The notes below the pieces were generated by a model. It was not told the DNA's origin, searched no databases, and saw only the letters and a list, made by a program, of their open reading frames with translations. From assembly GCF_016433145.1 (NCBI RefSeq), contig NC_058133.1, positions 34,671,345 through 34,735,344 of the forward strand: DNA of 64,000 nt, given 5' to 3'. A program made the translations under genes and the position numbers. Source of the DNA: Gracilinanus agilis. Its lineage: Eukaryota. Every line of letters begins with the position of its first letter. Positions within the stretch are counted from its first letter, which is position 1. Of the stretch, positions 11,810 to 23,650 are shown piece after piece.

Positions 11810-12345
11810 TAAAAAAATTTATTTTTTAGTTTTGATATTTTTCTTTTGAAATTTTGAGCAGTGAATTTTCTCCCTCCCTCCCACCCCTCCCTATCCATGG
11901 AGAAGACAAGCAATATGATCTGTTATACATTTAAATCATGCAAAACACATTTTCATATTAACCATATTTTTTAAAAACCAAGAAAAATAAAGTGAGAAAA
12001 TTATACTTCAATTTGCTCTCACAATTCATCAGTTCTCTCTCTGGAGATGGATAGCATTTTTTCATCAAAGGTCCTTTGCAATTACCTTGGGTCACTGTAT
12101 TGATTAGAGTAGCCAAGTCCTCCACAGCTGGTCATCATTACAACACTGCCATTACTGGGCACAATGGTCTCCTGGTTCTTCTCACTTCACTTTGCATCGG
12201 TTCACGTAGGTCTTGCCATGTTTTTCTGAAGCCACACCTCTCGTCACTTCTTATAGCACAATAGCCCTTGGACCCCATCACATGCCACAGCTTGTTCAGC
12301 CATTCCCTGGTGACGGGCATCCCCTTAGTCTCCAGTTCTTTGCCC
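11810..12345 (-). mobile_element. Older L1 3' end, antisense
   Basis: T-rich tail at about 11810. Minus-strand 'AKNWRLRGCPSPG / EWLNKLWH'; alignable by eye to the L1 copy at 59650-60200. Confidence 0.8.
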
Positions 12346-13560
12346 CGGTGAAAATATTGACAAGTTTCTTGCCCATGGCACAACCATGACCCATCCATCT
12401 CACGATGCTACTAACGCTGATCTGCTTAACCCACAGAGTGGTTTTTTATTTCCAGATATCAATTTGGAAATATTTCTAATTCCTTTACTGGAGTCATTTT
12501 TCCATGTCAGATTCTGGACATCTAAACATTCCCGAAGAATACAAATACGCTCTGCTGGAGAATGCCCTTGGTTATTTGTGCAGTGCGCTGTGGCTTTTTG
12601 CTTCCACACTGCTCCTTTGCATGTGGTACCAACTCTGTGTATTGCTTAAATATTTACAAGCTAATTGGTGTGCAGGATTATTATCTCCAGCTGTTATCTA
12701 CCTGTGCTGATTTGTTGTGGTACTAATGAACATATTTGTTTTACTGCTTTGTGAGTGGCATGTTCTTACGTGTCTGGCTGCTGGCTTTTCCGTGTTTTAA
12801 TTTGTGGGCTATCATTTTAACTAATATTTGAACAAATGCTAGATGAAATTTGAGGAAATTTTTGTGAAGTGCAGAGAGGTTTCTAGATCTTAGTTTAACC
12901 TTGAGGAACTGCTGCTGGGCTACCAGGAGTTGGGCTCTTGGACTCCCTGTTTTCTATCCAGGCATGTACCTTGGACTGGGTTCCATTCTAGGAAGCCTGC
13001 ATCTAATTAGTGAGATTAGACTCTCTGTTGTCACCCTCTTTGCCTTGTTAAATTCCCCATCCTGGCATCCTGAGATTATTTTTCTTATGATTCACATTTC
13101 GTGCTTTGCCAAAAGAGGGGAGTAAAAATGTTTTCAGTGTATAGTATGGGTCAGGTTACTGACAACTTACTGACAACACTTACAAATGGCCATTAACAGG
13201 ACAGGATTCGATAATTTAATTTATTGTTGCTGGTACAACCTCTGGAAGGCTGATGATTAAACTTCTTTAGAATATAAGAAAATCTGAATTCGCAGCACAG
13301 TTAATGATACATGTTGGCTTTTCTCCGTCCAGGCTTTTCCCAGTTTGTGTCTTCTGGGAAAATGGCCAGGTCGGAGCCAATCCTGATGTGTTCTATTGTG
13401 CGATAGCTATTGAATGTGATGATAATGTTGATGTGATGACACCATAGGATGTTCAGTGGCACCCTGGATGATTATATGTGATGTTGGGGAAAACTCTCAT
13501 GGGTCTATTGGATATTACTACTTATTACAATACTTCTGGTATATTTTTTCCCATTCGTTT
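12346..13560 (-). mobile_element. Probable strongly diverged L1 ORF2 continuation
   Basis: Only patchy similarity (e.g. GACATGGAAAAATGACTCC, AAAACCACTCTG, AAACTGGGAAAAGCCTGG) to the L1 ORF2 3' region. Contiguous with the element at 11810-12345. Confidence 0.4.
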
Positions 13561-14708
13561 AAGTGTATCTTACTTAGTTTTTCAGGGATGGGCTGCAAAC
13601 ACTTTGGTTGAGAGGAGGCATGTAGAAAAATCTTGGAGGAGTCTGAGGAGCCTTGTGGTCGTTCACAGGGAAAACTGAGTCAGTAGTATATTTAAAATAG
13701 GAACTGACCAAATATGATCTCAGGAAAAGGATAGAGTCATTTGAGAGGAGAATGGGAAATGAACACACATTTATTAAGTACCTTCTATGCACTAAATACT
13801 GTGCTAAACAATTTACAAATATCTCATTTGATTCTCACAACCTGGGACGTAGGTATTTTATAGCTGAGGAAACTGAGGCAGGTGGGGTAAGGGATTTGCC
13901 CAGGATCTTATCACTAATAAGTATCTGAACTCAGGTCTTCCTGACTCTAGGTCCGGAGATATCAGGCAACAGGGCCAAGATTTTGACTGTGGACATTTAA
14001 GTCAGCTCCTCCATCCCTTTTCCCGTCGCTAGCATTGCCCTTGAGAAAGACTTCCAGCCTGTAATTTCCCACATTGAATTCCCCATTCCCCACTCAAATC
14101 CATTCCTTCCATTCAGCTGGGATCAGGAAAACAAAGTCTTGAAGCTTTCAAATGGGTCAGGCCATCAGCACGTGTTTGTTGCTTACCATTGCACACAGGA
14201 GGACGAGTCTTCACTTTCTCTTACTCTCTTCTTAGTTCTCTGCAGTCTGGCTTCTCACCACATCATTCCACTGACACTCCACAGTTGCCAATGATTTCTT
14301 AATTGCCAAATCCAGTGGTCTTTTCTCAGTCCTCGCTCTCTTGGACCTCTCAAGGCTCAGACTCTGTTGATCACTTTGTCCTTGATACTTTCTTCTGTCT
14401 ACATTTTTATTACTCAGCTTCCTTTCCTTGTTCTCCTCCTATCTGTCTAACTGCTCCTTCTCAGGCTCCTTTGCTGGATCTTTATTCAGGACATTCTCAC
14501 TAACTGGGAATGTCCCCTAGGGGCTTCATGTCTTCTCTCTCCATCTTGTTAGCTCCCACAGATTCAATGATCATCTCTTTGCTGATGATTCTCAGGGCTA
14601 CTTATCCAGTCTTAACTTCTCTCTTGACCTCCAGATTCTCATTTCCAAACCACATGTCCCAGAGATATCTTAAAATCGACTTGTCCAAAACCAAGCTCAG
14701 TATTTACA

Positions 14709-14712
14709 TGCG

Positions 14713-14752
<40 letters not shown>

Positions 14753-14866
14753 GAGAGAGAGAGAGAGAGAGACAGAGAGAGAGAGACAGAAGAGAGGGAG
14801 GGAGAAAAGATAGAGAGGAGAGAGGAAAGAGGAGAGGGAGAGAGAGAAGGAAAGGAGAGAGAGGGA
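14709..14866. repeat. (CG)/(CA)n/(GA)n compound microsatellite abutting an assembly gap
   Basis: Visible directly in the sequence. Confidence 0.95.
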
Positions 14867-15049
14867 NNNNNNNNNNNNNNNNNNNNNNNNNNNNNNNNNN
14901 NNNNNNNNNNNNNNNNNNNNNNNNNNNNNNNNNNNNNNNNNNNNNNNNNNNNNNNNNNNNNNNNNNNNNNNNNNNNNNNNNNNNNNNNNNNNNNNNNNNN
15001 NNNNNNNNNNNNNNNNNNNNNNNNNNNNNNNNNNNNNNNNNNNNNNNNN
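14867..15049. other. Assembly gap (183 N)
   Basis: Run of N. Confidence 1.
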
Positions 15050-16289
15050 CTCTAGTCATTCTTCTGTTTAAATATAAAATTCCCCAATACCCAAAACCCT
15101 TCATAACCTGCCCTCCATTCCCACACCTTTCCAGTCTTCTTTCACCTTGTGCCCCTTCCCATGTACTCTTCCATCCAGGGCTTCCGGCCTCCTTGTTATT
15201 CCTCACATGGGACCCTCCATCTCTGCTTTTTCACTGGCTGTCCCCCATATCTCGAATTCTCTCCCTTCTCCTCTGCCTTCCTTTGAGCCTCAGCTAATGA
15301 GACTTTCTCACAGGAAGCCTTTCCAGGGCCCTCTTGGGCATTCCAGTGCCCTCTCTCTGAGATTACCCCCAGTTTATCCTGGGCATTGCTGTTTGTCATG
15401 CAAGAGGTCTCCTTCATGGGGACTTTCATGACAGGGCAGCCCATTAATTATTTTCCATTTCTGCTCCACTGAATAGTCTGATCAGTGACAAGAGGGCTCT
15501 TGTCTTCTCTCTCCCTCTCAAAGAATCCGCCACTGTTGCTGCTGCCATTAACCTAGTAGTTGATGACCAGTATTAGGAAGGAACCGATGGTATCAGTTGC
15601 CTTTCTGTCATCTCACAGGCTCTGTAGGGAAGGTAAGAAGATCCCTGACCCTCTGCTGATAGACAACCCTCAGTGGTCCCTTGGTCCTTCCCCAGCTGGG
15701 ACAACTGCAGGGATTCACAGTGAAAGAGCATTGAAAGAAAAGCCCACTTTCCTCACAAGTCATGTGGTTTACAAATGCATAAAATGGGGGAATAAGGCTC
15801 TGTCCCCTTAGATGTGAGAACTAAAGGAAGTCATATGGATTCCTCCCTGCAAGGTGTGAAGGGATGGGCAGAATTAGTCCAAGCCTGTGCCTGAGCTCTC
15901 TTTCCCGAGTAAGTGATTAAGCATCAGGTTGGAGGTGGATGTGCCCGGCACGGAGGCTCCCTCGTGAGTACAAGAGGCCTGGGAGGCCTGGGTCCAGTGG
16001 GGAGAGCTGGCCGGTGGCAAAGGGAAGCTTCTGCCCTGGAGAAGATAGCTCCAATGAGAGGTCGGAGCCAGGCTGGCCATTTGACCAGCAATATGTTCTA
16101 GAGTTGTTTGGCGGGACAGAGATGAGGAAATGCGGCGTACCTCGTCAACGCTCCCACGTATTGCTTGATCTTCTGATGAGGTGTTGAGCGTCAGCTTCCA
16201 GCAGGCAATAATGGTCCTCAGCAGCTGTTGCCGAATTTGTTTTGACTTGGGCCTCGGGCCTCGTAGGCATTTCATAAATGCTTGTTGAC

Positions 16290-16580
16290 TGCTGGCTAAC
16301 ATTATAATGGTCTGCCAATCCTTCGAAGGGCTGCCATGGGTAAGAGGCATTAGGTAAGGTATGTTCAGCTTGGCCCAAGGGGGCAGAACAGGGAGCAATG
16401 GGTGGAAGACAGGCTTGGGGTGAGCAGAAATTTTTGATAATTGGAGTTCCCCAAAATGGAATGGAGACTGGGTGCCTCAGGAGGTAGTAAGTTCCCCGTC
16501 TCCAAACACAGGTTAGAGATATTGTGGATGGGGCTTCTTGGTGATGTAGAGACTGGACACATCAAGATCCCTTCCAGCCT
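16290..16580 (+). mobile_element. CR1/L3 LINE 3' fragment
   Basis: Reverse complement reads GGGGAACTTACTACCTCCTGAGGCA..CCATTTTGG..CCCATTGCTCCCTGTTCTGCCC..GGGCCAAGCTGAACA, typical of antisense L3. The + frame 'FPVSKHRL' resembles the CR1 ORF2 C-terminus. Confidence 0.65.
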
Positions 16581-17377
16581 TGACTCGGGGACCCTGAAGA
16601 GGCTGGTCAATTCCAAGGCGAAAGAAGTCCTAGCCAGAGAGGTGGGGATGGTCGGAGTCAAGAAGCCCCAGATTGTGACAAGGGTCAAAAGTGAGCCTCT
16701 GAGTGTAAGGGAGTGAGAGAGATGAGGGGAAGGAGCTTGTGGTTGGGCTTAGGCAGAGGCTCCTGAGGACAGGGTCTGGGAGGGGGTCCAGGGGAATCTG
16801 GGTCTGCCACAGGGCCACCACTGCAGTCCCCATAGATGCTGGCCAGGGCTGGGTTGCAGAAAGTGCTGAGTTCCAGTCACTGATAGAATATGGAGATGGA
16901 AGTGAGAGGTTACTGTGCTAGAAGGTTCCTGTTTTTCCCTAGCCACAGAATTAGCCTGCCTTGGCCTCAAAGCCCTCTGGCCTCTGTCCTCCCTTCTAGG
17001 ATGAGGCACATCCCCAGCTACCTCTTCTCCTTCCCTCACCTCCTCCTCTCTTAAGTTTTCTCCTAACTTCTGTTTTCTGCCCATCCTCAGCGACCCCCCA
17101 ATCTCTTGGTCATTGGAGGAACTCAATATGCTTGCTGGGTAATGGGGGTTGTGCATGTAGAGACCATATCAAGATAGCTGAGAGTGTGGTGGGAATGGAG
17201 CCCCCCAAGGCATTCAAGACCTGGTGGGGGGCTGTCGAGCTGGAATTGTGGGGGTAGCTCTTCAGAAAAGCCTGGGTCAGCCTCAGCCTGGTTCCCTGGG
17301 CCATTGCCCTTTCTATGGTGTCTTTGGGCTCCTTTTGCTGATGGCATCCTTCTAAGTCACGAGCGGTTGGGAAGCCT

Positions 17378-17520
17378 CTACATGGACCCCGTGAACACAG
17401 GCCTGTTCTCGGTCTGTCTCGGCAATTCGGCTTTCATGGTAGGTAACAAGCGGGATATCTTGGCCCCTGGATTTTTATAGCCAGCTCAGCAATCGATGCC
17501 CTGAGGAGGAGGGCGGCTGG
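17378..17520 (-). promoter_or_regulatory. Candidate GC-box/TATA promoter followed by a 19-codon ORF
   Basis: On the minus strand: GC box (17511-17516), TATAAAAA (17479-17472) and ACCATG (ATG 17437-17435) opening MKAELPRQTENRPVFTGSM*. About 10 CpGs in about 170 nt of non-repeat sequence. Motif evidence only. Confidence 0.3.
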
Positions 17521-18953
17521 CGAGGAGACATAGGGCCCATGTTAGGTAGGAACTGCCACGAGGGAGCCTGTTCTTCCCAGACTCCTGTGGGATAAGGGAA
17601 AGCACGTCCCTGCATTTTGAGGAGGAACACTTGTATTTTTTGATTGCTCATTTTCTCTATCTCCTGACTTCCTTTCACTCCCTGCCCCAAATCCCACCTT
17701 CTAGAGGGACCCTCACCCAGTGACTCTTCATTCTTGTACTTTCTTCCTATTGATTATTCCCAATTTATTCTAGAAATAGAATTCCCATAACTTATATGCT
17801 ATAACTAGAAATTGTACCCAGTTGTTTGCATCAAGTCACCCCCCTCCCCATTACACTGTGAGTTATTTGAGTAGGGACTGACTGGTTTTCCCCACTCCCT
17901 TTCTTTGTGCCCAATGTGTTTAGCAACATACCAGGCACATAGTAGGCATTTAAATGTTTTTTCTTTACTTAAAAAAAAAAAAAGCCTTTACCTTCTGTCT
18001 TGGTAAGAATTCTAAGAAGAGCGGCAAGGGCTAGGCAATTGGGGTTAAGTGACTTGCCCAGGGTCACACAGCTAGAAAGTATCTGAGGTCAAATTTGAAC
18101 CCAGTTCCCACTAGAATCTTCTTGACTTAAGTGATTAAATGTAACTAGAGTACTAGAAACTGGTATCTATAGGTGGAGGCAGGGGATAACTAGCTGGTTC
18201 AGTAAATAGATAGCCAGGTCTAGAGATGAGGTCCTGGGTTCAAATCTAGCCTCCAATACTGCCTAGCTTTGTGACCCTCACCCATTGCCTAGCCCTTACT
18301 GTTCTTCAGCCTTGGAACCAATACATAATATTGATTCTCTGACAGACAGTAAGGGATTTTTCACTTTAAGTGGGAAGAGCACAGCCAGTACAGGCGAGAG
18401 TCAAGAGCAGCAGACAAGACACCCTGACCCTCTTAGGGGTACTCCGGAATCCAGAGGGGCTGATGTAGTTGGCCTCATTCTGGGAGGGTGAGGTCAGAAA
18501 GCAATCATTACAACTGAGTGCTTGTTGTGGAAACGTAGATAGGCATGTGACCAGATTGAAATTAAAGGGGCTTATTATCTTTTTTCCTCTCTTAGGTTGC
18601 AATTTGGTTTTTAGCTGTGTTTCTTCTACTGTTTGCAGCTTAAAGACCGGCAGAGAAAATGGGAGCCCAACAGGATCTGTGAATTCAGCTTTTTGTCTTG
18701 TTTTTGAGGAAGTGTCATAATAGCTAGCTGGTTTCAAAGTTGGGAAGACTTGGGTTCAAGTTTCTCCATTCCCCCTTATACCTTTATCAGTTCTAGTAAC
18801 AACTCTAAGACAGAAGAGCAAGGGCCAAGCAATTGGAGTTAAATGACTTACCCAGTGTCATATAGTTAGGAAGTATCAAAGACCACATTTGAACCCAGGA
18901 CCTCCCATCACTGGCTTTTTATCCACTGAGCCACCTAGCTGCCCCTCTATCTT

Positions 18954-19068
18954 TTAAAAAAAATTTTTTTTTTTAAATTTTAAACCCTTAACTTCTGTGT
19001 ATTGACTTATAGGTGGAAGAGTGGTAAGGGAAGGCAATGGGGGTCAAGTGACTTGCCCAGGGTCACAC
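18954..19068 (-). mobile_element. 5'-truncated young SINE inserted at the head of an older SINE
   Basis: Same tail as the copies at 5744 and 48265. Direct repeat AGCTGCCCCTCTATCTT at 18937-18953 and 19069-19085. Confidence 0.8.
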
Positions 19069-21054
19069 AGCTGCCCCTCTATCTTGATTCACCATCTTCC
19101 CCAGTCCTGATCTTTTCTAATTTTCTCTTTGCCCCCCACAAAACTAAAAAGAAGCCCTTTTGTTGTTTCTAGAATGTTCTGCATCTCAGTTCAGCCCATT
19201 CTGGTTTTTTGTCTCCACATTATGCTGATCTATACACATGAATTCCTCCCCTTCACTTTCCATCTCTCCTCTTTTTTGTGTTATCTCCCTCCATTGGGTT
19301 GCTTCTGCTTGAAAGCAGAGACCTGTCTTGCCTGCTTGTATTTGCACTTCTAGTACTTAGCACAATGCTTGGCACATAGTATGGAACAAATTCCTTCTCT
19401 TTGTCTCTGCCTCTTTCCCCAACTATGGGGTTTTGTGGATCTGTCCACTTTTTTGCATCAGTCCTGTGGAATATGCCCCTTCTTCCTTCTCTGTACTAGA
19501 TCTTTTAAGAGCTAAATTTTATCAGAGAGCTCCCTGTGCAGCCACATCAGATCCTTCTAGATGGCTCTCCCTATTCCCATTTGTGTTGTTAGGATTTTCT
19601 CATGCGCTCATTTCTTTTAGTGTCTCTGGCCACAAGATGATGCCTATTACAGAAGAGGTATTAATGAACGGTAGCTGATTTGAATAACTGTTTAAATCTC
19701 TGTCCTTTTGAGATGACTCAAACTCTAGAGGTGGCTTCCTGCACCTAGATTCCAGTTATCTCAAAGGCAAGGATGTTCTCTCAAGGTTCATTCTCCAGCT
19801 CATTCTTCCTTATTAGTCAGAATCCCAATAAAGTATGATCTAGAATGTCTAGTTTTGGAAAACACATTGGAGAGAGGGACTTATGGGAGAACCATCACTG
19901 GGTTCAGCATCAGAAGATCAGAGTTTGTGGTCAGACACTCACTCGCTATGTAACATTTATGGTCTCTTCATCTATAAAATGGGGTAATGCTTGCAATACT
20001 TACCCTGAAATCTCTCTCAGACCCTGGGACCTCCTCACTCTGGAGTATCACTCCACCACACGGGCCCCCTTCCTCATACGGATGAGTTCTTCCTGGGACC
20101 TCCATATTGGGGAAGGTCTAAGCCAGCCAATCTTTATTCACCCACTGTGATTACTGAATTACTTCACTGGGTCAGTGCTTTCCACTTTATGGACTAGCAC
20201 CATGCCTCCCCCCACCTCCATACCATCATGATTTCTAGCTCCCTTTTGTGTATCTTCCCCAATTAAAATAGCTCTTTGAAGGCAGGGACTGCTTTTCTTT
20301 TGGCTTGGCACAGTGCATGATGGAGCAGAAAATGCATAATAAATGCTTTTTAACCTTGCCTACTTTATAGGGTTGTTGTGAGGAACATACTCTGTCAACC
20401 GTATTATTATTTTATCAAACCCACTGAATGATCCATAAATTTCTTGTATGGAAAATGGCCATCTCACCTCTGCTCAAGAAGCTCTAAAGACAGGGAGCTC
20501 ACTACCCTACCAAGTAGCCTGGGCCATTTTTGGAGGGCCTTGTTTTACTTGTGCTGCAATCCGTCTCTGTGTAACTTCTACCTGTTTGTTCTGGTTCTAC
20601 TCTCTGGGATCAAGCAGAATAAAGGACATCCTCCTCCAAGGCAATACTTAGGAGTGTTGGTGAACAATAATTGGTAAACTGAATAGACTCTCTATTGTTA
20701 TTTTTTAAAAATCCCTACCTTCCATCTTAGAATCGATATAGTATTGGTTCCAAGGCAGAAGAGTGGTAAGGTCTGGGCAAGGAAGATTAAGTGACTTGCC
20801 CAGGGTCCCACAGCTAGGAAATATCCGAGGCCAAATTTGAACCCAGAATCTCCCATCTCTAGACTTGGCTTTCCATCCAATGAGCCACCTAGCTGCCCCC
20901 ATTGTATTGTTATTAATGACTATTACCCTTCCCCTTCTAGTGAGCCAGGCAATGTGTACAGCTACAGGGGTAGCTGGAGAGACTCTGACCTAGAGATTTC
21001 AGGAGCAGTCATTTCTTGAACTTAACAATGAGGACTCTGGGAAAGAGCCAGAGA

Positions 21055-23650
21055 GGGAAGCAGAGCCAAGAGGACAGAGTGGTAGGGGCCAGTGTGGCTG
21101 AGCTCCCCTCCCCAAACCACCTTCAAACAGACCTAAAAAATGCACCAAATCCTGAAGGGGAAAGGCAGAAAAAAGTCAGTGAGTCCTTTATTCAGACCAG
21201 CTTGACACAGAGAGACAGACAGGGAGGTCTGTCAACACTGGGAATAGGATCAGGCCAGAATCACATTGTAAATGGCACACTCTGGCACCCAGGAAGTGGC
21301 TGTGCACCAGGGCAAGAGATCTCAGATCCATCCAGGGACAGCGACGGGACACAGATGTAAATTGGCAGCTTTATCACCCAGTTCTAGGTCACAGATCCAT
21401 GAAGATTTGAGAAGAGGATCTGCAAATGGGGATAGGGAAACTCTGGCCAGTGTATGGAGAAAGGAGAGCATTCAGAAGCCAGCAGAAGCAGCAGCAGTGG
21501 TGTGGCTCAGACCCCAAGCCAGAGGAGTCTCACCTCCAGCCTAAAGAGGAATAACCAAAGCAGGAAGGACAGACCAAAGGGGAACCCAAAATACTGCTGC
21601 TCTGAACCAACAGAGCTTTCCAACTGATGGATAGGGGCTGAATCCAGAAATAGTTTACTATAGCTTAGACCCAAATCAGGGCTCAGACCAAGCTCTAGAC
21701 CAGACCACTCTGGGAACACTGGAAGCTTGCAGGTCCCCAGCCTGTCTCTGAGAGCCTGGAATGACACAATATTCTAAATCCCCAGAAAGCAGTAACTGGA
21801 CTAGTCTACTTTCCTGACTGAAGTGCAGCAGCGTCCAGCCCTAACATAAAGTCTGAAGGCTGGAAGAAGACTGGAAGAATGGACAAACAACCAACCAAAG
21901 AATCCTATTATGGTAGCAGTGAATCTCAATTCACAAACCCAGAAGAAGAGAACAACTCCAGATATCTGCAAGCAAAGCCTCTGAAAAAATATAGCTTGGG
22001 CAAAAATTCAACTAGAATTCCTGGAAGAGACGAAGCAAGAGTTTAAAAATATTTTCATAAAGAGGAGCACTTGAGGAAAAAGTTAGAAAAGAAATGAGAG
22101 GTAAGGAACAAAGAATTGGAAAGGGGATTTCGATAGCTTGGCCCAAGAGATACAAAACCTCATCTAAGCAACAAATTCCTTTAATGTTAGGAAGGCTCCA
22201 ATAGAAGTCAGTGACTTCAGGAGGCAACAAGACAATTAACGCAAAGTCCAGAGACTGAAAAAAAAATGGGAGAAAACGTAAGGTATCTCCTAGCAAAAAT
22301 GATTGACCTGGGAAACAGATGAAGGAGAAAAAATTAGGAATGAGTGCACAATTTCAAAAAGGGCATGGAATCTTATTTAAAGGCATCATAAAAGAAAACT
22401 GCCTTAGAACTAGAGGACAAAGAGGAAATAAAAAGATTCTGCTTGTTACTGTTCAAAAGAAACTCTTGAGATGAAAATTTCCCAGAACATCACAATCAAA
22501 ATTTTGAACTTCTGAGTTGTAAAAAAATACTGAAAGCAGCAAGAAAGTAAGAAGTCAGATTCTAAGGAGCCACAGTTAGGATTATACATGACTTAGCAGC
22601 TGCCACTATGAAAGAGAGAAGAGTTTGGAATCTGATATTCCAGAAGGCAAAGGAGATGGGTTTGCAGCCAAGAATAATTTACCTAGCAAAACTGAGCAAA
22701 ATTCTTCAGGGAGAAAAAAGATTTTTAATAAAATAGAGGACTTCCAAGCATTCCGGATGAAAAGACCAGAGTCACAGAGAAGCTCTGAAGTTTAAATACA
22801 GCAGTGGAGTAACATAAAAAGGTAAATATGATCAATGATAAAGCTAAACTGCTTACATTCAAATATGGGGAAATGATACATATGTCCCCTTTGAATTTTA
22901 TCACCATTAGATTTCATAGATAGAATCTAATTAGAAAAGGCCTGAGAGTTATTTTGTTTTGTCTTGATGAGCCTAAGAAAAGAATGGGAGGAGGAATGTA
23001 TTGTTATTATAGATGGGAGACAGAAAGAAAAGTTAGGGGCACTTATCTTACCTGATCAGGGCTTACAAATTAGGAGGGAGGGAAGTAGCTGAGACATGAA
23101 TGATATTCTCATCTAAGAAGAATATACATATATATATATAAATATACTATATATATACAGAAATGTATTTCTATATACGAAGTATAAATAAGAAAGAGTA
23201 CAGAAATATATTTCACTCACTAGGGAAATGAGAAGGAACCAGAAGAAGGAAGGAGGAATTTTAGGGAGGTTAGATTAAGGAAGGGATTCATTCTGGGCAA
23301 AACAAAGTCTAAGGGTGCACAAAAACAGTGATATCTCTGAGGTATCAAAGAATGGGAATCTGAGAGGGCACCAAAAATTGGAGAATGGATAAACGAATAT
23401 TGTACTGGACTCATCAGTAGGTTGACCAACTGGGATTCCATAGGAATAAGGATGAAACATGTTATCCACCTCTTTGACTGAGAGGCGAAGGACTCAGAAT
23501 TCAGAATGAGACAAATAATTTTTTGGACATGGATAACATGGGAATTAGTTTTGATTGACTATACATGTTTGTAATGGGGTTTGTTTTTCTTGTGTTCTCA
23601 GTTGGGAGGAGGAGAAGGCCCATTTTGTCTGATTAAAACAGAGCATCAAA
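21055..23650 (+). mobile_element. HAL1-like (half-L1) non-autonomous retroposon: L1-type 5' end, decayed ORF1, no ORF2
   Basis: L1-like 5' terminus (GCAGAGCCAAGA..GCTGAGCTCCCCTCCCCAAAC). ORF1 remnants 'IDLGNR*RR' (about 22300) and 'ILKAARK..GATVRIIHDLAAATMKERRVWNLIFQKAKEMGLQPRIIYLAKLS' (22530-22700). Then about 850 bp with an L1-like 3' end and no endonuclease or RT motif. Confidence 0.7.

Noticed and set aside
12350-13600. + strand hydrophobic, sequon-containing peptides resembling a viral glycoprotein
   Set aside because: There are many stops in all frames. T-rich antisense L1 typically yields such peptides, and patchy L1 ORF2 similarity is visible on the minus strand.
15874-16398. 174-aa minus-strand ORF that looked like a possible endogenous viral protein (LRTIIACWKL resembles a bornavirus L segment)
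   Set aside because: Its first half overlaps a CR1/L3 fragment and an L2/MIR-type tail (AGTCAACAAGCATTTATGAAATGCCTAC). The viral resemblance is about 10 residues only. A tblastn/HHpred hit would be needed.
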